This document shows positions 31,003-40,186 of a DNA stretch of 64,000 bases, piece by piece; the stretch's first letter is position 1, and the number at the start of each line of letters is the position of its first letter. The DNA is from Acidimicrobiia bacterium (GTDB taxonomy: Bacteria > Actinomycetota > Acidimicrobiia > Spongiisociales > ZC4RG35). The stretch is from positions 288,001 to 352,000 of the forward strand of contig CBDBCY010000004.1 of the NCBI GenBank assembly GCA_965203555.1, written 5' to 3'. A program made the position numbers and the translations under genes. The notes below the pieces were generated by a model. The model was given only the letters and a program-made list of their open reading frames with translations, had not been told where the DNA came from and ran no database searches.

Positions 31003-31248
31003 TTAGGGCTCGATGAAGATGCACTCCCCGGGGCACTCCTCGGCGGACTCAATGGTGATGTCCTCCTGCCCGGCGGGGACCACAGCTAGACCTCCGGCGC
31101 CCTGATCGTGTCCTTCTTCTTCGGCGTAGATGGTGTCACCTTCCCGAACGTAGGCCAAGCCGTCGTCCAAGAGAACGAATACATCCGGGGCGATCTCTTC
31201 GCACAGGCCGTCACCCGTGCACAGATCCTGGTCGATCCATACCTTCAT
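31003..31248 (-). CDS. ferredoxin (single cluster, CxxDxxC type)
   Basis: IDQDLCTGDGLCEEIAPDVF..ECPGECI. Confidence 0.92.
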   Translation of the reverse strand: MKVWIDQDLCTGDGLCEEIAPDVFVLLDDGLAYVREGDTIYAEEEGHDQGAGGLAVVPAGQEDITIESAEECPGECIFIEP

Positions 31249-31369
31249 ATTTGCCCTTGTCTCACGCGGTCGCGATGCGTCACTTCAATAATAACAAGCA
31301 TGGTGTCCCAACATACAATCCAATTTCGTATACTGTCCCGCACAGCCCAAAATTTCCTGAGCAGGAACG

Positions 31370-33082
31370 ATGTTCGACAAACGCCGACCCGATTACTCTG
31401 ATCCCACCGCAGTCATCGCCCACCTGGAGGGCGAATTGGCCCGGTTGCGGTCGGAGACGCCCCGGCGAATGGACGCATTGCAGCACCAGTTGGACCAGAC
31501 CCGTCGGCAACTGGACCGGGTGCGAGACCAGAACGAGAAGCTGGGGGGTCTTCTCACCGAGGCCCGGGAGCAACTGGCCATGCTCCGCACGGAAATCGAG
31601 CGACTGACCAGCCCTCCCAACCCGTTCGGGACGGTATTGAAAGTCCACACCGACGGCAAGGTGGATCTGGTGACCGGGACCCGGAAACTGCGGGTGGACG
31701 CCCAGCCTTCCATCGAGGTGAAACTGCTCCAGCCCGGGCAGCAGGTGCTGTTGAACGAGGCCTACTCCATCATCGACGTTCGCGACTTCGACGGCGCCGG
31801 AGAGGTGATGGTGGTGAAGGATCGGCTGGGGCAGGACCGGTTGCTGGTACAGGCGCACGGAGACGAGAATCGGGTAGTGTGGGTGGCCGGGCCGCTCCAG
31901 GACGTTCCTCTTCGAATGGGTGACAACGTGCGGGTGGATGTGCAGGGCAGCATGGCGCTGGAGAGACTGGCCCGACCAGAGGTGGAGGAGTTGATCCTGG
32001 AGGAGGTGCCTGACATCACCTATATGCAGGTGGGAGGACTGAAGGCCCAGATCGAGATGATCCGCGACGCGGTGGAACTGCCGTACGTGCATCGCGAACT
32101 GTTCTCCTGCTACCACCTGAAGCCTCCCCAGGGAATCCTGCTGTACGGCCCTCCCGGATGCGGCAAGACACTGATCGCCAAGGCGGTGGCGAACAGCCTT
32201 GCCACGGCGGTGGCCGAGCGGACCGGACACCCCGACGCCCACTCCTACTTTCTCAACATCAAGGGCCCCGAGTTGCTGAGCAAGTGGGTGGGAGAGACCG
32301 AGCGTCAGATCCGTTTGATCTTCCAGCGGGCCAAGGAGAAGGCATCGGAGGGAGTCCCGGTGATTGTGTTCTTCGACGAGATGGACTCGCTGTTCCGGAC
32401 CAGGGGAACCGGTATCTCATCGGATGTCGAGTCGACCATAGTTCCGCAGTTGCTGTCGGAACTGGACGGGGTGGAGTCGCTGCGCAATGTGATAGTGATC
32501 GGCGCTTCCAACCGCGAAGATCTGATAGATCCGGCCATCCTTCGCCCCGGACGGTTGGACGTGAAGATCAAGATCTCTCGTCCCGACGAAGTGGCCGCCC
32601 GGGAGATCTTCGGGATATACCTGACATCTGATCTCCCCTACAACGCGGCGGAGGTGGCTGCGGCCCAGGGAGACACCGCCCAGATGCTGCAGGACCTGAT
32701 CTCCACGGTGGTGGATGACATGTACTCGGAGAAGAAAGAGAACCGTTTCCTGGAGGTCACCTACGCCAACGGCGACCGGGAGGTCCTGTTTTTCAAGGAC
32801 TTCTCAAGCGGCGCCATGATCGAGAACATCGTTCGCCGGTCCAAGAAGAGCGCTATCAAACGCTATCTGGGTGGGGGACAGACCGGTATCGGACGAGACG
32901 ACCTTCTGGCGGCGGTGCGTCGGGAATTCCGCGAACACGAGGACCTTCCCAACACCACCAACCCCGACGATTGGGCCAAGATCTCCGGGAAGAAGGGGGA
33001 GCGGATCGTATACGTCCGCACCCTGCTGGAAGACGGCGAGGGGCGGATGGTCGAGACGGTGACAACCGGCCAATACCTCTGA
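31370..33082 (+). CDS. arc: proteasome-associated AAA ATPase ARC/Mpa
   Basis: N-terminal coiled coil, OB domains, [15 protein letters not shown]-terminal GQYL docking motif. Confidence 0.97.
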   Translation: MFDKRRPDYSDPTAVIAHLEGELARLRSETPRRMDALQHQLDQTRRQLDRVRDQNEKLGGLLTEAREQLAMLRTEIERLTSPPNPFGTVLKVHTDGKVDLVTGTRKLRVDAQPSIEVKLLQPGQQVLLNEAYSIIDVRDFDGAGEVMVVKDRLGQDRLLVQAHGDENRVVWVAGPLQDVPLRMGDNVRVDVQGSMALERLARPEVEELILEEVPDITYMQVGGLKAQIEMIRDAVELPYVHRELFSCYHLKPPQGILLYGPPGCGKTLIAKAVANSLATAVAERTGHPDAHSYFLNIKGPELLSKWVGETERQIRLIFQRAKEKASEGVPVIVFFDEMDSLFRTRGTGISSDVESTIVPQLLSELDGVESLRNVIVIGASNREDLIDPAILRPGRLDVKIKISRPDEVAAREIFGIYLTSDLPYNAAEVAAAQGDTAQMLQDLISTVVDDMYSEKKENRFLEVTYANGDREVLFFKDFSSGAMIENIVRRSKKSAIKRYLGGGQTGIGRDDLLAAVRREFREHEDLPNTTNPDDWAKISGKKGERIVYVRTLLEDGEGRMVETVTTGQYL

Positions 33083-33104
33083 ACACCGGGGGTCCTAACT
33101 CCTG

Positions 33105-34589
33105 ATGGCCGTTACCAAGGTACTCGGAACAGAGACCGAGTATGGCGTGATCATCCGGAACCGGAGTCACCAGCACCAGGCTCTGGCCGCGGCGGCGGTG
33201 ATCGACGGCTATCCGGGCGGTCAGGTGAGGGTGCAGTGGTCCTACGAGCATGAGTCTCCGGGCAGCGATTCACGGGGATTCGGCCACGAGAACTTCGGGA
33301 TACCGGAGCCGGAGTCGGCCCTGATCAATTCGGTTCTCACCAACGGCGCCCGCCTGTACGTGGACCACTCCCACCCCGAATACTCGGGTCCCGAATGCGT
33401 GGACCCCAAAGAGGCAGCCCTGTATGACAAGGTCGGAGAATTGGTTATGGCTCGGGCCGCCCGAGAGGTGCAGAAGACCCTGCCGCCCAACCAGCACATC
33501 CGCTTGTACAAGAACAACAGCGACGGCAAGAGCAGCAGCTACGGAGCGCATGAGAATTTCCTGCTTTCCCGTCGGACCCCGTTTGCCAAGGTGATCCGGT
33601 ATCTTCCCACATTCCTGGTTTCCCGCCAGATATTCACCGGGTCGGGAAAGGTGGGATCTGAGAATCACCGGCCAGCCTGTGCCTACCAGATAACCCAGCG
33701 GGCCGATTTCTTCGAGGAGGTGGTGGGTCTGGAGACCACCCTGAGGAGACCCATCGTCAACACCCGGGACGAGCCCCATGGTGATCCCACCCGATATCGC
33801 CGCCTGCATGTGATAATTGGCGACGCCAATCTCTCCGAAGTCCAGATTTTTCTGAAGCTGGGTGTCACCGCCCTGTTCCTCCATGCCCTGGAGGACGACT
33901 TCCTTCCGTCTCCGCTGGAGTTGGCCGATCCGGTAAAGGCCTGCTGGCAGATCAGTCACGATCTCGGCCTTTCCGAACCGGTGGAGATGGAGACCGGCGG
34001 CAGCGCCACCGCCCTGGAGTTGCAGTTACGGTACCTGGAGTGGCTCTCCGATTACGCCCGCGACCACCTGGAGGAACAAGTGTGGTCGCAGGTGCTGGAC
34101 GAGTGGGAAAAGGTACTGGTTGATCTGGAAGAAGATCCCGCCCTCACCTCCGACCGGCTGGACTGGACCGCCAAGTTGGGACTGCTGGAGGCGTACCGGG
34201 CCCGGCAGAACCTGAGTTGGTCACATCCCCGCTTGGCGGCCTTGGCCTTGCAATACCACGACGTGGAACCGGACCGCAGTATTTATCACCGGTTGGTGCG
34301 CAGTGGCGCCATCCGACGGCTGTTTACCGACGCCCAGATCGAACAGGCCGAACACCGTCCACCCGACGATACGCGGGCGTGGTTCAGGGGTTCCTGCGTC
34401 TCCAGGTTCGGCGCCTCCCTGGTGGCGGCCAACTGGGACTCTCTGCTGTTTGAAACGAGTCCCGGGGACTTGATAAAAGTGTCTATGATGGAACCTTTGA
34501 AGGGAAGCCGAGTCGGGGCCGGTCCGCTGCTGGATCGTGTCTCCGATCCGGCCGGGTTGATACGCGAACTGGGTAGAAAAAATGGCTGA
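33105..34589 (+). CDS. dop: depupylase/deamidase Dop
   Basis: [59 protein letters not shown]; located between arc and pup. Confidence 0.92.
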   Translation: MAVTKVLGTETEYGVIIRNRSHQHQALAAAAVIDGYPGGQVRVQWSYEHESPGSDSRGFGHENFGIPEPESALINSVLTNGARLYVDHSHPEYSGPECVDPKEAALYDKVGELVMARAAREVQKTLPPNQHIRLYKNNSDGKSSSYGAHENFLLSRRTPFAKVIRYLPTFLVSRQIFTGSGKVGSENHRPACAYQITQRADFFEEVVGLETTLRRPIVNTRDEPHGDPTRYRRLHVIIGDANLSEVQIFLKLGVTALFLHALEDDFLPSPLELADPVKACWQISHDLGLSEPVEMETGGSATALELQLRYLEWLSDYARDHLEEQVWSQVLDEWEKVLVDLEEDPALTSDRLDWTAKLGLLEAYRARQNLSWSHPRLAALALQYHDVEPDRSIYHRLVRSGAIRRLFTDAQIEQAEHRPPDDTRAWFRGSCVSRFGASLVAANWDSLLFETSPGDLIKVSMMEPLKGSRVGAGPLLDRVSDPAGLIRELGRKNG

Positions 34590-34779
34590 CCAAGAACAGG
34601 GCAAGCGCCGCCGCAGATCAAAGGGCGGACCGGCGCCCGCCGACGGTGACTTGGGAGGGTTGGGGATGGCCCAGGTTGATTCGCAGAAGATAGACGATCT
34701 GCTGGATGAGATCGACAGCGTGCTGGAAGAGAACGCCGAGGAGTTCGTGAAGAATTACGTACAGAAGGGCGGGGAGTGA
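34582..34779 (+). CDS. pup: prokaryotic ubiquitin-like protein Pup (C-terminal GGE)
   Basis: [28 protein letters not shown]. Confidence 0.97.
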   Translation: MADQEQGKRRRRSKGGPAPADGDLGGLGMAQVDSQKIDDLLDEIDSVLEENAEEFVKNYVQKGGE

Positions 34780-35573
34780 CCGAACCGTCCAATTGGGGTC
34801 TGCCGCTTGGAGCCCCCTCCCCCGGCGCCAGTTTCTCCGATCTCCTGGAGTCGCTGGGATTGGCGCCCCGGTGGAACGTGCCCGACTCGCCGACCCGGAA
34901 CCTCCGTGCGCCGGAAGGCACTACCGTGCTGGCGTCCCGTTACCGGGACGGAGTGGTGCTGGGCGGAGACCGGCAGGCTACCGAGGGCCATCTGATCGCT
35001 CACCGCCGGATTCGGAAGGTCTATCCCTCCGACCGGATGTCGGCGATGGCGGTGGCGGGAACCGCCGGATTGGCCCTGGAGATGGTGCGATTGTTCAGCG
35101 TGGAATTGGAGCACTACGAGAAGATTGAAGGAGCGATGCTCAGCCTGGAGGGCAAGTCCAATTTCCTGGCGCGGCTGGTGAGAGCGCAATTGCCGCTGGC
35201 ATTCCAGGGTCTGGCGGTGGTGCCGTTGTTCGCCGGGTACGATCCGACCGCCGATCAGGGCAGGGTGTACACCTTCGACGTGGTGGGAGGGCGCTACGAA
35301 GAGCACGATTACGGCGCGGCCGGTTCGGGCGCCGTGCAGGCCCGTGCCTATCTGCGCACCGCCTGGAAGCCGGACATGATGGAGGACGAGGTGATCGAAA
35401 AGGTGATGGGCGCCCTGGTGGCCGCCGCCGACGTGGATGTCGCCACCGGCGGGCCCGATCTACGCAGGGGCATCCTGCCCAACCTGGTGGTAATCGACCG
35501 GGGCGGGGTCCGGGAAATCTCCGATGACCATCTGGCGGAGGTGGCAAGCGCCTCGATGAGGGAAGGCCAATGA
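34776..35573 (+). CDS. prcB: 20S proteasome beta subunit
   Basis: Propeptide then [30 protein letters not shown]. Confidence 0.96.
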   Translation: MTEPSNWGLPLGAPSPGASFSDLLESLGLAPRWNVPDSPTRNLRAPEGTTVLASRYRDGVVLGGDRQATEGHLIAHRRIRKVYPSDRMSAMAVAGTAGLALEMVRLFSVELEHYEKIEGAMLSLEGKSNFLARLVRAQLPLAFQGLAVVPLFAGYDPTADQGRVYTFDVVGGRYEEHDYGAAGSGAVQARAYLRTAWKPDMMEDEVIEKVMGALVAAADVDVATGGPDLRRGILPNLVVIDRGGVREISDDHLAEVASASMREGQ

Positions 35574-36259
35574 ACCCCGGGTTTTATGTCACGCCCGAGC
35601 AACTGGTGCGAGATCGCGCCGAATTCGCTCGCAAGGGAATCGCCCGGGGGCGGTCCATCCTGGCCATGGAGTACGAAAAAGGCGTCTTGATGCTGGCTGA
35701 GAACCCGGGAGGGGCACTCCACAAGATCAGCGAGGTGTATGACCGGATCGCCTTCGCCGGGGTGGGGCGTTACAACGAATTCGAGACCCTTCGCAAAGCG
35801 GGCATCCGCCAGGCCGACGTGATGGGATACCTGTACAGTCGCGACGATGTGACCGCCCTGGGTCTGGCCACTGCTTTTTCCCAGACCCTGGGAGTGATCT
35901 TCTCTCACGAGACGAAGCCGTTCGAAGTGGAGCTTCTCATATGTGAGTTGGGGAAGAACGGACAGCCCAACCAGATGTTGCAGATCAGCTACGACGGGAC
36001 CCTGTTGGAAGGTCGCGGGGTGATGGCTATCGGAGGCAAGGCCGAAACCTTGGGGGCGGGCTTGCGGGAACGCTATCGGGATGGCTTGACGTTGAATGCG
36101 GCCTTGCAACTGGGGATGGAGGTGTTCGCCGAGACTGAACGCCGACCTCTGGACGGATGGGAAGCGGCGGTGCTGGAGCGGGGACCGGCCAGACGTTGTT
36201 TCCGCCGACTGGCCGGTCCCGAGTTGGAGAGGGCAACCGAGCAAGCCCTCTCCTCCTAA
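35570..36259 (+). CDS. prcA: 20S proteasome alpha subunit
   Basis: FYVTPEQ..RDRAEFARKGIARGRS, KISEVYDRI, KPFEVE. Confidence 0.96.
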   Translation: MNPGFYVTPEQLVRDRAEFARKGIARGRSILAMEYEKGVLMLAENPGGALHKISEVYDRIAFAGVGRYNEFETLRKAGIRQADVMGYLYSRDDVTALGLATAFSQTLGVIFSHETKPFEVELLICELGKNGQPNQMLQISYDGTLLEGRGVMAIGGKAETLGAGLRERYRDGLTLNAALQLGMEVFAETERRPLDGWEAAVLERGPARRCFRRLAGPELERATEQALSS

Positions 36260-36261
36260 GC

Positions 36262-37557
36262 TCAGGGAGTCAATGCTTCGGAGATGAGCCGAGCGTTGGT
36301 CACCAGCCACTTCGGATAAGTATCCGCCTCCGAGCCGGCGGGTCCCAGTGATCCGGTGTACAGTTCCACCACTCGCAGGGGAGGATCGAATTCGGCGGCA
36401 ACCGTTTCGGGAAGCCCGGTGCCGACGATGGTTTCGGTGAATATGGCCGTTACACCCTCCTCTCTGATCCGCTGGACCAGTTCCGCCAGATGGGCGGTGC
36501 CGGGTTGCGCCAGCGTGCTGCCACCCGAGAGAATGGTGTCCAGGATCTCGAAGTCGAAGAAGGCACCGAAGTAGGAGAAGGAGTCATGGTTGGTCACCAG
36601 TTTGCGGTGATCCGCAGGAACCGTTGACAGTAACTCTTCAGCCTCGGCGGTGGCGTCACGAATCCGAGCTATGTAGTCATCGGCTCTTTCGTTCCACTCT
36701 GAAGCTGAGGGACCCTTACCTATTTCGATCAGTTCCGCCGCAATGAGCTGCACTGCCGTTTCGACTCGGGAAGGATCGAACCAGAAGTGGGGATCGAACG
36801 CTCCGGCATGGGCGTGGGCGTGTTCGCCCTCTTCCTCGTGTTCACCTTCCTCGTGGGCGTGTTCGCCCTCTTCTTCGTGTTCACCTTCTTCGTGGGCGTG
36901 TTCGCCCTCTTCTTCGTGTTCACCTTCTTCGTGGGCGTGTTCGCCCTCTTCTTCGTGTTCACCTTCTTCGTGGGCGTGTTCGCCCTCTTCTTCGTGTTCA
37001 CCCTCTTCGTGGGCGTGTTCGCCCTCTTCTTCGTGTTCGCCCTCTTCGTGGGCGTGTTCGCCCTCTTCTTCGTGTTCACCCTCTTCCTCGTGTTCACCCT
37101 CTTCCTCGTGGGCGTGGCCGCCTCCGCCTTCGCCCCATTCCAGAGGATCAACAAAGTCGCCGACTTCCAGAATGCGGGCGCCGTCATCGCGAGCGGCATC
37201 GAACACCGCAATGAAACTCTCCTCCAACCCCAGACCGTTGGCCACCACAAGATCCGCCTCCCGGATCTTCACCCCGTCCTGGGATGACAACTGAAAGTCG
37301 TGAGGGTCGGCGCCGATCGGAAGCAATACCTCTACCGTGCCGTCCTCTCCGACCAGGCTCTTAACCAGATCACCCAGGATGGTGGTGGTAGCCACTACAT
37401 AGAGGGTGTCATCCGGTTCGACTGCGGTCGCCGATGGTTCCGCCGCCTCGGTAGAAGCTGTCTCGGAGGGAGCTTCCTCTCCGTTACCGCATGCGGCCGC
37501 CAACAACAACGTCGCCGCTAAGGCCGCCCACATCCTGACTTTTCCTGATTTTGGCAT
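36262..37557 (-). CDS. Zn/Mn ABC transporter substrate-binding lipoprotein (ZnuA/AdcA-like) with long His/Glu loop
   Basis: Lipobox LAAA-C, VVATTTILGD, GADPHDF, NGLGLE, DPHFW, HDSFSYF; start 37557 after an AGGGG RBS. Confidence 0.93.
   Translation of the reverse strand: MPKSGKVRMWAALAATLLLAAACGNGEEAPSETASTEAAEPSATAVEPDDTLYVVATTTILGDLVKSLVGEDGTVEVLLPIGADPHDFQLSSQDGVKIREADLVVANGLGLEESFIAVFDAARDDGARILEVGDFVDPLEWGEGGGGHAHEEEGEHEEEGEHEEEGEHAHEEGEHEEEGEHAHEEGEHEEEGEHAHEEGEHEEEGEHAHEEGEHEEEGEHAHEEGEHEEEGEHAHEEGEHEEEGEHAHAHAGAFDPHFWFDPSRVETAVQLIAAELIEIGKGPSASEWNERADDYIARIRDATAEAEELLSTVPADHRKLVTNHDSFSYFGAFFDFEILDTILSGGSTLAQPGTAHLAELVQRIREEGVTAIFTETIVGTGLPETVAAEFDPPLRVVELYTGSLGPAGSEADTYPKWLVTNARLISEALTP
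36808..37118 (-). repeat. intragenic tandem repeat: six 39-bp units (HAHEEGEHEEEGE) plus variant 18-bp-based units
   Basis: Unit GTGGGCGTGTTCGCCCTCTTCTTCGTGTTCACCTTCTTC repeated with synonymous variation on the + strand. Confidence 0.95.
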
Positions 37558-37571
37558 CTTTTTCCCCTGCG

Positions 37572-37595
37572 TAATAGTAATAATCATTATCGTAG
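37572..37595. promoter_or_regulatory. Fur-family (probably Zur) operator upstream of the ZnuA-like gene
   Basis: AT-rich TAATAGTAATAATCATTATCGTAG; 16/19 match to the Fur box GATAATGATAATCATTATC, about 15 nt before the start codon. Confidence 0.75.
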
Positions 37596-37689
37596 CACCC
37601 TCCAATCACAGCCGTCCACACATTCGAAGGGGCGTTTTGCGGTTGGTCTGTCAGAAAGGGCGGGTGACTTCTCGGCTGGGAAGCGTTTC

Positions 37690-37932
37690 CTATGTTTTCC
37701 GCCGAAGGGGTGGACCGTAGCGAGGAGCCACTTTGCGGGGAGGCAGGGAAGCCAGCAACCGGCCGGTGGATAGCGCTATCTGCGTCACCGCCTCATCGAT
37801 AGCTTCCCGTGTGACAGAAGAGATCTTCTGGACACCGCTCACTTTTCGCACGAATTGGAGGGCGGCCGCCTCGATCTCTTCTGCGCTGGCCGGCGGCTCG
37901 AGCCCGCGCAGGATCGTAATGTTCCGACACAT
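37690..37932 (-). CDS. DUF2277 family protein
   Basis: MCRNI..L...EPPA..EEI.AAALQFVRKVSG signature. Confidence 0.88.
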   Translation of the reverse strand: MCRNITILRGLEPPASAEEIEAAALQFVRKVSGVQKISSVTREAIDEAVTQIALSTGRLLASLPPRKVAPRYGPPLRRKT

Positions 37933-38489
37933 AGTCGGGATTCTATGGGGTTGGCGCCCAGCACGGGCCCACTGGTGCAGTGCCTGTCAAACAATCGGGG
38001 GGACCGGATCTGCATTTTCGACTGCTTTTCGCTCTCCTTGGTCACCCCACCCTTTGAGTCGACAGCACACTGGGTGGAGGTGAAGGCAAGGGGGATTCCA
38101 CCACCTGAGAACCAGGGCGGTGTCCGGCAGTGGCATGGGCAGCAACCGGGCGGTCGCGGCCATGGGGCCTGCCGCCCGAAATCCGCCTGATTCATTCTGA
38201 GTTTCCCTCCCGACCCGCCGCCGCCGTGCCGGTCGAACACCATGGAATGAACGCAGGGCTCATTCCCCTACCGAGAGGGTGGTCGGCTGAGACTCGTCTC
38301 CGGGGAGTCACCTGGGGCGGGTGGTCCCGGTCAGGTGACGAGACTTTTCCGTTGATCGAGGCGGTCCGGACCGCCTTGATGTTTGTACATACCAGTGTGA
38401 GCGGCCGGTGGGACATTGTCAAGGTCGTTCCCTGCGGTTTTCGGGAAACTTTGACACCTTGTGACTGCAGACACGGCTGAGGGGTCGTT

Positions 38490-39506
38490 TCAGGTTGGAG
38501 GAAAGGGAAGTTGCAGCCAGGACGGCCTGCTGGAGGTCTCGATCTCCACCACCCATTTCACCCACCAAAAGCCCCGGCGTCCGGGAGCGACCAGACGGAC
38601 CGGAAATCCGTGCCCGGGGCTGAGAGGGTTTCCTCCCAGCCGGTGAGCCAGCCACAGCCGGGAGAGATCGCTGACCGGGAAACGGCGCTGATAGCCGGTG
38701 GCGGACCTGACCACCACACTTCGCGCCTTACCGGGGTCCACCAGCCGATCGAGGCGAACCCCTTCCCATTCCTGCTTGGAATACCAGCCTCCGGTGCAGT
38801 CCAGGATGGCGCTGAACCGATCAGCGGGGAGGTCTTCCAGTTGGGCGAGGTTCATATCCTCTTCATCGACCGCCAGTTCCCAGGAGGCGCCGTCTATGCG
38901 GGGGGTGCGGTCGTCGAACCAGGAGGTGACCGGCATTGCCGCAGGGTTACCAGAGCCGCGCTCGTGAGAACCGGTGAAACGCCGGTCGGCGCCCCTCAAC
39001 CCGGTGGCGCGTACGGTCGATTCCCATCCCGCCCACACCACCGCGGCCATGCCCGCCAACCCCGCGCTGCGAAGAAAGGCCCGCCGGTCAAGATCGAGAC
39101 GCCGTACCCGCACCGGATGGGAACGGTAGTGCAGCCACACCATCACCAGCGCCGTCAACCCGCCCCCCACATGCACCTGCATGACAGTGAGCGGTCCGAT
39201 CCGGTCGGTCAGACCGGTGGCATGAAGCAGGCCGGACCCCAAGGTGATCACCACCAGGCTGCCCAACGCCACCGAAATCCAGCGGCTGGGCCGCCGCCGG
39301 GCCATTCCCCGCCTGACGACCGCCGACTTCCAAGGGGTCAACAAAGCCACCGCCAAGGCCACCACCGCGTGGATGGTGCTGGGGTCCACCAACCAATCGA
39401 CACCGATCGCGAAGGACAGCCCACCGGTCAACGCCGCCAGCGGCAGGAGCGCCGCCAGAGCAAGGTTGGTGCGCCGTCCCGAAGATCTGCGTGGCGACCG
39501 GGTCAT
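38490..39506 (-). CDS. membrane-anchored molybdopterin-dependent oxidoreductase (sulfite oxidase/MsrP-like)
   Basis: TM region with His residues, LDRRAFL, LDCTGGW, W.GV.L, HGFPVRLVAPGRRGFWWVKWV. Confidence 0.88.
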   Translation of the reverse strand: MTRSPRRSSGRRTNLALAALLPLAALTGGLSFAIGVDWLVDPSTIHAVVALAVALLTPWKSAVVRRGMARRRPSRWISVALGSLVVITLGSGLLHATGLTDRIGPLTVMQVHVGGGLTALVMVWLHYRSHPVRVRRLDLDRRAFLRSAGLAGMAAVVWAGWESTVRATGLRGADRRFTGSHERGSGNPAAMPVTSWFDDRTPRIDGASWELAVDEEDMNLAQLEDLPADRFSAILDCTGGWYSKQEWEGVRLDRLVDPGKARSVVVRSATGYQRRFPVSDLSRLWLAHRLGGNPLSPGHGFPVRLVAPGRRGFWWVKWVVEIETSSRPSWLQLPFPPT

Positions 39507-39517
39507 CTTCACGCTTC

Positions 39518-40186
39518 TCAGGTGGGGCAGTCCCAGGTCTGCCAACCCTCTCCCTCGTACACCAGGTAAGCGGCCACTGCCGTGTTGGCGACCGGATCGA
39601 AAGGATCGTAACCGCGGAACCCGGCCAGGTGGGCGTGGTCGGGCCAGAAAGAGGGATCGTGTTGGAAGAGACCCACCTGCCCGGTGAGCGGATCGATGGC
39701 TTGCGGATCGAACCTGGATAGACACCATGCCAGACGCAGCGCGCGAACCACATCATCGCCCAGAAAGTACTTGGATGTGATCTCCATCACGTCGGCGGAG
39801 GTGAGGGTCTTGCGCCTCAGGAAGGGAGCATCCTGCGGACCCGTTTCCACTGCGGTATTTGCGAGTTCTCCCAACCGGGGGTCTTCTTGTAACGGATCGG
39901 CCACCGGGTCGAGGTCGGACGCCAGTGAGTCTTGCTCGGGACTGAGGTCGGAGACCAGCAACTGGGCGGCAGCCTCGCCGGCGCTGCGACCGTGGACAAC
40001 GAAAGTCAGGCTTTCGCTGGGCGCCGCAACCTGAGGCTGGCGCCGGGAGAACAGATTGACCAGTCCCAGCACGGTTACCACCAGCACGAAGAACGAGATA
40101 CTCGACCAGACGGCCCGGCGGCGTCGCAGTTGATGCAGCCAGTCTCTCTCGGGCTGGTCGAAGGCTCGGCCGGAGGAGGAGGTCAT
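39518..40186 (-). CDS. membrane-anchored lytic transglycosylase (SLT)-like protein
   Basis: N-terminal TM; C-terminal AWCLSRFDP.A..GLFQ..W..FDPVAN..AAYL..GW..W.C. Confidence 0.7.
   Translation of the reverse strand: MTSSSGRAFDQPERDWLHQLRRRRAVWSSISFFVLVVTVLGLVNLFSRRQPQVAAPSESLTFVVHGRSAGEAAAQLLVSDLSPEQDSLASDLDPVADPLQEDPRLGELANTAVETGPQDAPFLRRKTLTSADVMEITSKYFLGDDVVRALRLAWCLSRFDPQAIDPLTGQVGLFQHDPSFWPDHAHLAGFRGYDPFDPVANTAVAAYLVYEGEGWQTWDCPT

Noticed and set aside
36808-37118. Regular repeats that could be mistaken for a CRISPR array
   Set aside because: Units are contiguous with no unique spacers, length is a multiple of 3, variation is synonymous inside a ZnuA CDS, and no cas genes are present.
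38100-38220. Cobalamin riboswitch suggested by minus-strand AGGGAA and GCCACTG
   Set aside because: Intervening core motifs (CGGTG-AA-TCCG, CCCCGC-ACTGT) are missing and the downstream gene is unrelated to B12.
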